A DNA stretch of 64,000 bases, from positions 36,000,001-36,064,000 of the forward strand of contig CP068257.2 of assembly GCA_009914755.4 (NCBI GenBank), given 5' to 3'. The first letter of the stretch is position 1. Every line of letters starts with the position of its first letter. Below are positions 40,601 to 53,122 of the stretch, piece after piece. This DNA comes from the human T2T-CHM13v2.0 reference genome, Homo sapiens. The notes under the pieces are model-generated. The model was given only the letters and a program-made list of their open reading frames with translations, was not told where the DNA came from and did not search any database. The position numbers and the translations under genes are program-made.

Positions 40601-43600
40601 AAGTATTTGGTCCCTGAAGACGAGCATGACATTGCGATTTAGCTTGGATGAGAAAACTGAGGTTTCTTGGAAATGCCTACCCACGTGGGGGAATTTCTCT
40701 GTCAAGTTTCTGCTGCTTTGCAGCCATTTAAAATGGGTCCTGAAATATCTGCAGTGCAGAACATCTGAGAAGAGCTTTTCATTTGCTAGAATGTTGCAGC
40801 AAGCAGGCTAAGCGATGTTAGCAGGCAACTTTGTGATAGATTTAGAAAGCCCCGAAGAAATGGGTGGTGGTGATACAGAGAGATTTTTTCTTTCCTTTTT
40901 TTCCTTTTTTGGCTTGTCTGCAGAATAGATGAAAAGAGAAAATATACCCAGATACTTTGCTCACTCTCCCAAGTGCACACTAGGCAATGTAAGCTCCAGA
41001 GGCAGAGCTTACAGGAGGGGAAGGGACGCTGAGGCCAAGAGTGCTGGCTCACTGGGGTGGAAGGGACTTCAGAGGGCGTTCCTCACTCCTCTTATTGCAG
41101 GTGAAGAAACAGAGGCAGTGGTCCTTTGCCCCAGGCCATTCAGCTGGCCAGTAGCGGAGCCCAGGGCTACCCAGATCCTCCAATGCCCAGGCTGGTCCTC
41201 TTTCCTTTCTGACCCCAACACATGAAGAGTCCATCTGGAAATGTTGGCTCCCACACTTCAAAACATTAAACTCCTTGTTCTCTTTCTCCAAATGATTAAT
41301 TTGTTTTCAGTGTTTACATTAGCTGGAAGCCAAGTTGGGAACACTCCTAACTCGTTTCTCAAACAAGATGTTTTTAAAATGAAGTTTCCCAGCATGGAAT
41401 GCTTTGCTACTTTGTAAGGGCTTCAGTTGCTAAGAACTTACTGCACCTGTGTCAAAACTGTGCTCTCAGGGCCCCTGGTGGAGTCCAGAAGAAGAGTTCC
41501 ACGCAGTCCCTGTTTTTCTTTTTTTTCCAGGAACTCCTGGAAACTGAATCACAGATCAGATCATGTTGTTCCACAAGAACGATGTGTCACTGTGAGGCTG
41601 CATTCCTGACCACGAACTGAGCACCAAATAAGTCATGGACATGCACCAAAAGGTGTGACCCAAGGGAGGCAGGGTGAGCCCCATGTCTCAGAACATCCTC
41701 GCGGACAGCAAAGCCCTTGATGTGGTGGAGTAGGGGCCTGTGGCAACCCCTCACACATGGCAGGTCCTTTGCAACCCCAAGTGCTTCAGATGCTACCAGC
41801 CCTCCTTGGGCAGGTCTGAGATGTGACAGAGAAGAAGATGAGAATGGAAAAAGAGAAAGAAGAGCGGAAAACTAAAAGAGGGAAGGGCAGAGGAAAGAGC
41901 AGAAATGCAGTCTAGCTGGAGGGCAGGCTGCTGGCTCCAGCCACTGCCTCAGATCCCCCCGACCTGGGGTACTCAGGAGTCTGAGTGGGTACAGGGCTAT
42001 AGCCTCAATTTCCCCATCTGATGTGGGACTTGCCTTGACCCAATGCCTGGACCACAATCATCCCTGATACCTGAAGCCTCCATAGATATGACTCTTTCTA
42101 ACGTTTGCTGCTTCAGGATTCAACCTTGTCCACTTTTGGCTTCTTCATGCCCTCTCCAATGAGCAGTGATTCAAAACCTTTTATAAAACTACCCATCACT
42201 ATCATCTCTGGCAACATGGCTGTCTAGAGAACTCAGAAAACTGTCTCCCTCTGTAATGTTTAAAATGCTGGCTATATTTCAGAAATGTAGATGGCTGCAC
42301 ATGACAAAGTTAAAAAGAAAGGGAAGTGTTCAGAGGTCAAAAGAGGATGCCAAAGTCCAGAGAGCTGCAGGAATGCTGGAGGGAGGCTGCCCTGGGGCAG
42401 GTGCTAACCCCATGACCTCAGGTGGCTTTGGTGTGCCCACTTCCTGGGGACTTGGCACAGCAGCTTGGGTGAGACTCACGTGCAGAGCTCACTGTCCAGG
42501 CAGCTTTCCCAGGAGGCACCTGCCTGGGCACACACCTACACTCTCTTCCTTTTTTCTTTCACAACTGGTCCCCTCCAACTTGACCAAGAAAGGCCATGTT
42601 TTACCAGGATTCCTGCCACAGGGTGCAAGGCCCTAGACAAAGGGGCGAGAGATAAGAAATATCAGTGCTGTTGGACACCCTTCTAATAGTGGCATCATGT
42701 GCCCCAGGCTGGCTTCGGGGCTCTCCTTCTCTCCCATGCTCTACCCTGAATGGGAAGCACTGGTCGTGGGGTGTTCTGGCCCAGCTGTGAGGTTCTGAAT
42801 TCATTTGAGTTGTAGAGTGGGCTAGCACATGGGATGCTGATTTTCCTTTAATGACCTTGCCCTTTCCATTCCCTACTATGGCCACAGAATGCATTGTTCC
42901 CATAAGGACCAAACAAAGACTTGTAGACGATGGTAGCTCATGTCACCCAGGCAGCAAACACACACCTCACTGGCGTACCTGTGTTAGAAATAATTTGGGA
43001 TGGGGAGAAGGCGTGCTGGGACTCTCCATGAGGTTCAGAGCATGCTGCTGTCATGCTCACCACCAGGGCTGGAGGGAGCTTGTTGGAGAGCACGCTTACT
43101 GCGGGCCAGGCACTGCACCAGAGGGCACCCGTTTGGCCTTAATTGACACCGCTAATCTTGGTAAGGCCTGTCTCCCATCGGTGTCCCCGTCTGTGCCTTG
43201 GTTGGATCATTTGCATGATTTTAAGGTTGAGAAAGTGAAAATGTGCACACCTAAGCAGATTGATGGAACATCTCTGACAGAAAGTCACATAGGATAGAGG
43301 TAAGATAGTGTCTTAGTTTCTTCAACATTTACAGGGAAAACACTTTCATGATCTTTTGGCCAAAATACAATTGAATATTGTAAATCCATATTCAACTTTT
43401 TTTGCAAGGGTCTATTGAAATTCATACTATCTCTATGTTTCTGAAATTTTCACAGGATATCAGGCTAAAAGAGGCTTTTCTAACTATGAGTAACAGATTA
43501 ATAGTTATTTGATAACTGTTGATAAGACCCCCTCCCCACTCCCACCTTTTGGTATAATTCCTTGAAAGTGAGAATGTGACTGTCTATAATGACTAGTAAC

Positions 43601-43949
43601 AAATGACTAGTAACTTTTGTAAGATAGGTGGGTTCTAATTATTTGCTTTTAACAAAACGGAAACAGCTTATGGGTAATTTAAAATAACTTTCCATGATTA
43701 ATCAGCACGTGATTTTTAATAACAAATGACTCCAAAGGGGTTCATAGAACAGAGTGATGTGCTACATCAATACTCATTTCTTCCCTTTTCTGTAATTTTG
43801 AGAATAATGTTCATAAGTGCATATATCTAAACTAATAAAGATTGGAACAGAAGTAATGCTGAATCCTGCCTTAGACTACCAGTAAGTCATATTAATCTAT
43901 AGCTACATGTAAAAAAATTAGAAGCTCCACCCATTTCCTTAAGAGACAT

Positions 43950-43952
<3 letters not shown>

Positions 43953-43990
<38 letters not shown>

Positions 43991-44275
43991 AGACTGGAGT
44001 CTCTCTCTGTCGCCCAGGCTGGAGTGCAGTGGCGCGATCTCGCTCACTGCAAGCTCCGCCTCCCAGGTTCACGCCATTCTCCTGCCTCAGCCTCTTGAGT
44101 AGCTGGGTCTACAGGCGCCGGCCACCATGCCCCGCTAATTTTTTCTATTTTTTTTTTAGTACAGACGGGGTTTCACCGTGTTAGTTGGGATGGTCTCGAT
44201 CTCCTGACCTCGTGATCTGCCTGCCTCGGCCTCCCAAAGTGCTGAGATTACAGGCTTGAGCCACTGCGCCCAGCC
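43953..44275 (-). mobile_element. Alu SINE (AluY-like), antisense, with a ~40-nt poly-T and intact target-site duplications.
   Basis: (t)40 gagactggagtctctctctgtcgcccaggctggagtgcagtggcgcgatctcgctcactgcaagctccgcctcccaggttcacgccattctcctgcc...gattacaggcttgagccactgcgcccagcc. The flanking TSD taagagacata is present at 43942-43952 and 44276-44286. Confidence 0.95.
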
Positions 44276-44445
44276 TAAGAGACATAATTCTAATAAAATT
44301 TTACTATTTGTACTTAAAAATTATTTACCAAAACTTAATATATTTATGTTTTGATCATTTGCGTTCTGCTTATGTTATAATAACTATCTAGAAGAAAACA
44401 ATTTAATCCTTGCAGTCTTGTGATCAGAGAAAATTTTATTTATTT

Positions 44446-45330
44446 TTATTTTTATATTTTAAGTTCCAGGATACATGTGCAGGATGTACAGGTTTGTTAC
44501 ATAGGTAAATGTGTGCCATGGTGGTTTGCTGCATCTATCAACCCATCACCTAGGTACTAAGCCCAGCAAGCATTAACTGTTTTTCTTGATGCTCTCCCTC
44601 CCCATCCCCATCCCTGACAGGCCTGAGTGTGTGTTGTTCCCCTCGCTCTGTCCATGTGTTCTCATTGTTCAGCTTCCACTTATAAGTGAGAACATGTGGT
44701 GCTTGGTTTTCTGTTCCTGTGTTGGTTTGCTAAGGATAATGGCTTCCATTATTCCAGCTTCATCCATGTCCCTGCAAAGGACATGATCTCATTCCTTTTT
44801 ATGGCTGTATAGTATTCCATGGTGTATATGTACCACATTTGCTTTATCCAGTCTATCATTGTGGGCATTTGGGTTGATTCTATGTCTTTGTTATGTGAAT
44901 AGTGCTGCAATGAACATATGCATGCATGTATCTTTGTAATAGAATGATTTATATTCCTTTAGGTATATACCCAGTAATGCGATTGCTGGGTCATATGATA
45001 TTTCTGGTTCTAGGTCTTTGAGGAATCGTCACACTGTCTTCCACAATGATTAACTAATTTACATTCCCACCAACAGTGTAAAAACATTCCTATTTCTCCA
45101 CATCCTCGCCAGCATCTGTTATTTCTTGACTTTTTTATAATCACCATTCTGACTGGCGTGAGATGGTATCTCATTGTGGTTTTGATTTGCATTTCTTGAA
45201 TGACCAGTGATGTTGAGTTCTTTTCTCGTATGTTCATCAGCCACATAAATGTCTTCTTTTGAGAAGTGTCTTTTCATGTCCTTTGCCCACTTTTTAATGA
45301 GGTGGTTTGTTTTTGATAAGATTTTTAATA
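44446..45330 (-). mobile_element. L1 (L1PA-like) 3' end, antisense (ORF2 C-terminus plus 3'UTR).
   Basis: ttttatattttaagttccaggatacatgtgcaggatgtacaggtttgttacataggtaaatgtgtgccatggtggtttgctgcatc...tataagtgagaacatgtggtgcttggttttctgttcc...atggctgtatagtattccatggtgtatatgtaccacatttgctttatccagtctatcattgtgggcatttgggttgattc. The minus-strand ORF 45119..45463 translates to ...KKWAKDMKRHFSKEDIYVA..., a fragment of L1 ORF2. Confidence 0.9.
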
Positions 45331-45789
45331 TTTTAAATTTTGTATACATATTCTTGTTGCAGAGAGGTCTGAGAGGGTGATTAAAAAATACTTGGAAGCA
45401 AAAAAAATTTAATATATTAGGATAAAATTCTGTAGGTGAGATGAAATGGAAATAAAAGTTCAAGGAAGAAAAGGATACTCTAAAACTCCAGATGTTTAAA
45501 GAAAGGCTTGACTTGTGTTTTTTTAGTGGACGATGATGGGTATTGAATTGTTGTAAATTTATATTCCATGGGATCTATTTACATGAGTTCTGTAATTGTT
45601 TATGTCAGTATTTACAGTATGCTAGAAAAAACATCTTTTATAATTATTTAAGCTTATAATAAAAATTCTGGATGTCAAATTAAAAATATGTGAGAGGCCT
45701 AATAGTTTTCCCAAATGTTTAAGGAGTATGTGAGCAAAAAAGTTGAAGACCACTGTCTTAGAGCACTCAGCTAATTCTCTAGTTAAAAG

Positions 45790-47139
45790 ACAAAGAGAGT
45801 TTCATGAAACAAAAAAAAAAAATCCAGCTACATACTGTTTACAAGAGGCACTCCCCAAACAAAAGGGCATAGAAAAGTTGAAGCTAAAATAATAGGAAGG
45901 GATATATCAAACAAATACTAATCAAAAAGAACAGTGGTATAGCTATACTAATATGGGACAACATGGATGAAGGCAAAAGGTATTGCAAGAGATGAAAGGG
46001 TCACCATAATGATGAAAGATTCTACTCACCAGGAGAAGAATACTGATTATATACATCTAATAATACAGTTTCACAGTAGAAAAAACCAAGAGTACAAGAT
46101 GAAATGGACACAGTCACCATCATAATGACAGCTCTATCAGTAATTGAAAAATTAAATTAATAGACAAAAATCAGTAAGAATATACGCATACCTATGAAGA
46201 ACACAATTAGCAAGCTTAGCCTCATGAACACATGACAAACACTGCATCCCACAGCTGGCCTTGCATTCTTTTTAAGCACCTACAGAACACTGGATATTTA
46301 CCATGTACAACGTTAGCAAGTAAGTCTTTATAAGTCCCAAAGAAACTATCATTCAGTTCACATTATCCAATTATTATGAAATTAATTAAGAAGTCAGTAG
46401 CAAAGAAGACTAATAAAACACCATACTTTTGGAAATAAAATAAAGTTGAATCTAAATAATTTATCAGTTAATAATCCAACATCATAGGAATTAGCTCTTA
46501 GAATTGAACAATAGAATAAAAAACTACATATAAAAAGTTTTGGGGTAAAACTGACTCTTGGAAAATGAACCCTAAATTACATTAGAAAAAAAGAAGAAAG
46601 AAAAATAATGAGCAAAACACCCACTTTAAGAAATTAGAGAGAAAAAGTAACAGAATTCAGCCAGAGAAAAAGAAATAAAGAGACAATAAAGATGACAGCA
46701 GAAAGTAACCAAATAGAAAACAACTGTGCAATGGGAAGAATTAAAGTTGATTCTTTGGAGGTAAGTGAAATTGACCAATCCCTGATGAGATTAATACAGT
46801 AAAAAAATATATAATTTAAATACACAATATCTGAAATTAAAAAGTGTGCATAACAAAAGATGCAGTAAAAATATTTTAAGAAATATCATGAATTCATACC
46901 AGCAAATTGGAAACTTTATATGAAATAAACAAAGATCTAAAAAATATTACTTACAAAAACTGACTCAGTTACAAATAGAAAAACTTGAATAGTCCTATAA
47001 CTATTAAAGAAATGAAATCAGTAGTTAAAAGAGTTCATAGAAAGAAAATGCTAGATGGTGTTTTACTCTGAGTTTTCCCAAACATTTAAGGAATAGATAA
47101 TTCCAACGTTATGGAGATTGGAAAAAGAAAGAATATTCC
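45790..47139 (+). mobile_element. Older L1 fragment, sense (ORF2 endonuclease/N-terminal region). Its 3' side is interrupted by the Alu at 47140.
   Basis: aaatccagctacatactgtttacaagaggcactcc... matches the start of L1 ORF2 (IQETHLK-like). Later ...agttacaaatagaaaaacttgaatagtcctataactattaaagaaatgaaatcagtagttaaaag matches the L1 ORF2 IESVIKNLP region. Confidence 0.8.
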
Positions 47140-47440
47140 TTTTTTTTTTTTTTTTTTTTTGAGATGGAGTCTCGCTTTGTTGCCCAGGCTGAAGTGCAGT
47201 GGCGCAATCTTGGCTCACTGCAAGCTCTGCCTCCCGGTTCACACCATTCTCCTGCCTCAGCCTCCCGAGTAACTGGAACTACAGGTGCCTGCCACCGCGC
47301 CCGGCTAATTTTTTGTATTTTTTAGTAGAGACGGGGTTTCACCGTGTTAGCCAGGATGGTCTCGATCTCCTGACCTTGGGATCCGCCTGCCTCAGCCTCC
47401 CAAAGTGCTGGGATTACAGACATGAGCCACCACGCCTGGC
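47140..47440 (-). mobile_element. Alu SINE (AluY-like), antisense, inserted into the L1, with a 15-bp target-site duplication.
   Basis: (t)22 gagatggagtctcgctttgttgcccaggctgaagtgcagtggcgcaatcttggctcactgcaagctctgcctcccggttcacaccattctcctgcc...gggattacagacatgagccaccacgcctggc. The TSD aagaatattcctttt is present at about 47126-47140 and 47441-47455. Confidence 0.95.
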
Positions 47441-48749
47441 AAGAATATTCCTTTTAAGCCTTGGTTTAGTCATTTGCCAAATGGGTCAACAATGGCACAA
47501 ATCTCACTGGATCCCTGTGAAGATTAAAGCAGATAATGAATAGAAGTATCTTGCAGCAAGCAAGAGAAAGGTTCACTGGCACATAGGATGCATTAAATAA
47601 ACAGTAACTATTATTATCATTATTTATGATTATTGATGGTTCCCAAGAGAGCCTCCCTGGCAAGGCAGGCCATGGTGCCAGTCGTCTGTATAAGTCCATG
47701 CGATCATTGAAAGCATTATTTCTCCAGGAATGAGGTAGTCATTGTTCTCTGGTTTTACAATAAACATTTAGCAATTGGCAGGATGTGGACGAACCTCATG
47801 GGAATCGGAAGTAGCTCTGAATTGTAAAGAGAAACAGCCAGATCAGATAGGAAAGTAATTTTTAATTACTCCGCTGAATTTCTAGCAGGGAGATTGCAAC
47901 CTTGGTGAGTGAGTCTCCATGCTGGTATGAGGTAGAGCTGGATTTGGACAGCTCAATGCAGGTGTGCCAACCTTTCCTTCCTCTCTCAGTGGACAAGGAA
48001 GGGAGGAACAAGACTAAAATACAGTTTTAGGTCGACCAAGTGTCTGCTCGCTGACATCATTCATCCCTCCCTCAAGTATCACAGACAATTTTTGTACCGC
48101 AGCGTTGCTGCTGTTTAGTAATTCAAAGTGTATCTGAGAAACACAATTATCTCGACAGAGAGTTGGACAGCAGCTGAGGGTGATGTGTGAGCTGGTGCCA
48201 GAGGTTTGCTTGTTTAGTTACTCCAAGCAGGGAGTTGTCATAAGGCTTCCTGGAGGAGTGGAGCTGGGGGCAGAGAGTGGCCTCTCACTGGATGCAGGTA
48301 GAAAAAGGAGCCAGAAATGAGCAGGCCCAGCTAGTTGCTGGATTGGCTAGTTGCTACCATGATGTCATTTCATACCCACAGCCACCCTGAAACCTGAAAG
48401 CAAGGTTTTATCACTTCCCATGTTGCAGGTTAGAAGACATGGCTTGCACAGGTGGAGTGATCCTTCCCAAACCACAGAAGCGGGAGTGAAGGGATCCTAT
48501 CCTTGGGCAGAGGCTCAGAGGGGAGAAGATGGGTACACAGGCAGAGATCTGGGAATGGCAAGGTCAGCTTCTAGTGGCCCAAGAACCCCTAGTTCTGGCT
48601 TCCTGTTGAGTAGGACCAAGTCCTCACTCCCCTTCCCCTGGGATTCCTCAGGCTGACCTGAGGCTGAGCTGACTCTCACGGTTTGGACTGGGTGACTTGG
48701 CTCAGGGGCTCCTGTGGGATGAGCACCATGAGCTGCTCCGAGGTGCCAG

Positions 48750-48860
48750 GACATCCAACCCCAACCCTTGCTGGCTGTGCTGTCTCAGGCAAGTCACCTT
48801 GCCTCTCTGAGATGCAATTTCCCAATCTGTAAAATGGGGATACAATGCTAGTACATCGTT
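48750..48860 (+). mobile_element. MIR SINE fragment.
   Basis: ctgtctcaggcaagtcaccttgcctctctgagatgcaatttcccaatctgtaaaatggggatacaatgctagtacatcgttcattgtttt matches the MIR core. Confidence 0.55.
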
Positions 48861-48889
48861 CATTGTTTTCCCTTTAAAAATTAAATGAG

Positions 48890-49528
48890 GTACCCGGCCG
48901 CCACCCCGTCTGGGAAGTGAGGAGTGCCTCTGCCTGGCCACTGTGCAATCTTCCAAGTGTAAAGTGACAGCCTTTCTGCAGGTGTACCCAACAGCTCTGA
49001 AGAGACAGTGACCATTGAGAACGGGCCATGATGACGATGGCAGTTTTGTCGAAAAGAAAGGGGAAATGTGGGGAAAAGAAAGAGAGATCAGATTGTTACT
49101 GTGTCTGTGTAGAAAGAAGTAGACATAGGAGACTCCATTTTGTTCTGTACTAAGAAAAATTCTTCTGCCTTGGGATGCTGTTAATCTATAACCTTACCCC
49201 CAACCCCGTGCTCTCTGAAACATGTGCTGTGTCAACTCAGGGTTAAATGGATTAAGGGCGGTGCAAGATGTGCTTTGTTAAACAGATGCTTGAAGGCAGC
49301 ATACTCGTTAAGAGTCATCACCACTCCCTAATCTCAAGTACCCAGGGACACAAACACTGTGGAAGGCCGCAGGGACCACTGGCTAGGAAAACCGGAGACC
49401 TTTGTTCACCTGTTTATCTGCTGACCTTCTCTCCACTATTATCCTATGACCCTGCCACATCCCCCTCTCCGAGAAACACCCAAGAATGAGCAATAAATAC
49501 TAAAAAAAAAAAAAAAAAAAAAAAAAAA
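48890..49528 (+). mobile_element. 5'-truncated SVA retrotransposon: one VNTR unit plus an internally deleted SINE-R (HERV-K-derived), ending AATAAA and a ~26-nt poly-A.
   Basis: cggccgccaccccgtctgggaagtgaggagtgcctctgcctggcc is an SVA VNTR unit. It is followed by tgtggggaaaagaaagagagatcagattgttactgtgtctgtgtagaaagaagtagacataggagactccattttgttctgtactaagaaaaattcttctgcc...ccaaccccgtgctctctgaaacatgtgctgtgtcaactcagggttaaatggattaagggcggtgcaagatgtgctttgttaaacagatgcttgaaggcagcat...cctttgttcacctgtttatctgctgacc...ccctctccgagaaacacccaagaatgagcaataaatactaaaaaaaa. Confidence 0.75.
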
Positions 49529-49802
49529 TTAGGCAACGCAGGCAAAGTGTCCAGACCCAAACTGGATATGTAACAAGGGCCGATGAGTGTGAGTTCCTTT
49601 TGTTCCCTCTTCATATATCCAGGCCAGGGTTCCACATTTTGAATTGGAGAATTCTCTACTGTGGGGGGCGTTTAGCAACACCTTTCCCTCATCACATAGG
49701 AACTCTTGTAACAAGCCCATCCTGTCTGGACCAGGGGGATTCAGCTAAGCCTAGGGTCAGTCCAAATAATTCCAGGACTTGGAATGACTCAATAGGACAT
49801 CA

Positions 49803-50005
49803 GGGGTAGTAGGCGCCGGGGTAGCGGGAGCTGGGGTAGAGGACGCTGGGGTAGTGGGCGCCGGGGTAGCGGGGTCCGGGGTAGCGGGCGCCGGGGTAGC
49901 AGGCTCCAGGGTAGTGGGTGCTGGGGTAGCAGGAGCCAGGGTAGCGGGGTCTGGGGTAGCAGGCGCCGGGTAGCAGGTCCGGGGTAGCGGGCTCCGGGGT
50001 CGGCA
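49803..50005. repeat. GC-rich minisatellite (VNTR), about 13 copies of the 15-bp unit GGGGTAGCGGGCGCC (degenerate).
   Basis: ggggtagtaggcgcc ggggtagcgggagct ggggtagaggacgct ggggtagtgggcgcc ggggtagcggggtcc ggggtagcgggcgcc ggggtagcaggctcc agggtagtgggtgct ggggtagcaggagcc agggtagcggggtct ggggtagcaggcgcc gggtagcaggtcc ggggtagcgggctcc. Confidence 0.9.
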
Positions 50006-51879
50006 CTGCAGGGTGTTTAGCAGCATTCTCTGCCTCTGATCACAGGGTGCCAGTAGCAGAGTCCTCTCACCCCATTGTGACATCCAAAATGCCTCCATAT
50101 ATTGCCCTCTGTCTCCCGGGGGACAAAGCTTGCCCTTGACTGAGAACCACTGTCCTAGGTCCATCTCGTGCAGTTGGGCCAGAGCCTACCTCGACTCTGG
50201 GCACAGAGAAGCAAGTGCCACTCCTGGAGTGGTGGTCCTCCTCCAGGAGGCATGCCAGAGCTCCTTGGAGCTTCTTAAAAGCGCAGGGGCCTGGGCTTTA
50301 CTCCACAATTCTGATGTCATTGGATGCAGTGGACATTTGCTGAAAGCTCACGCCATGGTCTGATCAGTGGGCGCAGCTGAGAACCACTGGTGCCTGGCTC
50401 CCTTGGGGACGGAGCCCACAGCCCCAGGGCCTCAGCTCGGGTGTGTGGGGCAGTTCTGTGCATGCTGAAAGCATACCCCCTCCAGTGCTTGATGGGGGCT
50501 TCTCTGGTCTTCTGCCTCAGAGCCCTCTCCAAAACCCATAGAGGCCTTCAGACCCATGTTCAGCCCCACGTGAGGAGTTGGAGGAGTGCTAGTGCCCCAG
50601 GGGTAATGGGAGCCTGTAGGAGCTCCCCAGAACTGCCTCAAGGGAAACCACAGATGGCGCCTTAAATAACACAGTTCTCTCTCCTTGGCTTACAGATGCC
50701 CTCTCCTCCCTGGGTCCTCACAGGGTCACCCCTCTGTGTGTGTCTGTGTCTGTGTCCTAATCTCCTATTCTTATAAGGACACCAGTTAGGTTGGATGAGG
50801 GCCCACCCTAATGGCCTCGTTTACCTTAATCACTTCTTTAAAGGCCCTACCTCCAAATACAGCCACATGCTGAGGTATGGGGGGTTAGGACTTCAACATA
50901 GGCAGATTGGGAGATACACCTCGGCCCACAGCAGCATCCGGAGGCCTGTGTCTTCCTGTCTGAGCCTGGGTGTGGATGCCGCACCCGTGCTGGTTGGAGG
51001 AAGCTGGCCTGCACGGCCTCTGAGCTTCTCCACTTTCTTACTCATCTGAACTTTGGGGCACTCCAATTCTGCTGAGGAAGGAGAAGGATCCTTTTTGCAA
51101 ATTATATACTGACTCTAGTATAACATCACATGACAGGTAAAGGAGGATATCAAAATATTTTATCCCAAAATAGGTTTCTTTGCTATACTTTGAAATGGTG
51201 CTGCAAAGCTGGCTTTCGTGATGCAAAATTTGCATCTGTAAGGAATCTCTAATAATATAACTAGGTATTTCCCCTTCCAGGCCCTCCCAATCCAGAAGAG
51301 ATTAGCACCTTTAAAAGATCTAAATAGGAAACATTGCCATCTATTGTCTCAAAGGGCAGCTACCTATGAGACTTCATCTACATAACAAGAACCCTGGTCT
51401 CCACAACCCCTTATCTTAACCCAAACACTCCTTTCTATTGATTCTAGGTCTTTAGATAATAACTTAACTCTTCAACCAATTGCCAATCAGAAAATCTTTG
51501 AATCCACCTATGACCTGTAAGGCACCCCCCCACCTTCCAGTTGTCCTGCCTTTCCAGAACTAAACAATTTATACCTCACATGTATTGATTGAGGTCTTAT
51601 GTCTCCCTAAAACGTATATGACCAAGCCGTAACCCAGTCACCTTGGGCACATGTTCTCCGGACTTCTTGAGACTGTGCTTTGGGCCCTGGTCATTCATAT
51701 TTGGCTCAGAATAAACCTCTTTAAGTAGTTTACAGAGTTTGCCTTTTTTTGCTGACATACTACAAATTCAAAGCTCAATGAAAACAAAACAGGGAAGCCT
51801 CAAAGAAATCTCTGCTTGATGCCAATCAGTTCTTTGTATCTTTAGGGAGATGGTAGGTGGTGTTGGGGAGCATGAAGTC

Positions 51880-51914
51880 TGTGTGTGTTGTGTGTGTGTG
51901 TGTGTGTGTGTGTG
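51880..51914. repeat. (GT)n microsatellite.
   Basis: The tract reads tgtgtgtgttgtgtgtgtgtgtgtgtgtgtgtg. Confidence 0.95.
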
Positions 51915-52699
51915 AATGTGCATATGCATCTCTGCTATAATGCAGGGATAAAAACAACAATGCTTTGGACATTTTCATGATGCTGAATCTACTGTTTGGA
52001 GCTTACAATAAGGAAATATGCAGAGACTCTGAAATGTCTTCACAGAATTGTAGCTGGAATAACATGGTTAAGATGGATATTCAAAATATTTGAAAATAAT
52101 TTGAAAATATTTTCTCCCATTCTGTATGTTGTCTTTCACTTTCATGATAATGTATTTCAATGCATACAAGTTTTTTATTTTGATGAAGTCATATTTATAT
52201 TTTTCTTTTGTTGCCTGTACTTGTGGTGTCACAGCTAAGAATCCATTGATGAATCCGAAGTCATGAAGATTTACCCCTGTGTTTTCTTCTAAAGAGTCTT
52301 ACAGCTTTTGCTCCTCTATTTAGGTCTTGATGCATTTTGAGTTTATTTTTGCAAATGTATGAGGTAGAGTTTCAACTAATTCTTTTGCATGTATATATCT
52401 AGTTGTCCCAGCACCATTTGTTGAAAAGAGGATTCTTTCCCATTAAATGATCTTAGTGTCCTCATGAAAGTCAATTATTCTAAGGTGTGCAGGTTTATTT
52501 CTGGACTCTAAATTCTATTCCACTGGTTTAGATGTCCATCCTTATGCCTTATATTCAGTCACTGCTTTAATTACTATAGTTTTATAGTAAGTTTTGAAAT
52601 GAGGAAGTGTGAATCTTCTAATTTTGTTCTTTTTCAGCATTGTTTTGGCCATTTGGGGACCCTTGCATTTCCATATGAACTTGAGGATTGGGCTTTTTA

Positions 52700-53122
<423 letters not shown>

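Noticed and set aside
45119-45463. 114-aa minus-strand ORF with recognisable protein motifs (KKWAKDMKRHFSKEDI...).
   Set aside because: It is a fragment of antisense L1 ORF2 (C-terminal region) inside a truncated L1 3' end, not an independent gene. It lacks the remainder of ORF2 and is interrupted by stops.
47500-47640. Possible MIR 3'-end fragment just after the AluY at 47440 (…ttcactggcacataggatgcattaaataaacagtaactattattatcattatt).
   Set aside because: The match to the MIR 3' consensus covers only ~60 bp and is too weak to call without alignment software.
49757-50164. 135-aa minus-strand ORF encoding (PATPA)n mucin-like repeats, and the overlapping YPG-repeat ORF 49800-50006.
   Set aside because: Both are produced by a 15-bp-period minisatellite, and any multiple-of-3 period gives open frames. 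There is no start or splice context and no flanking exon-like sequence. I keep it only as a repeat (see findings).
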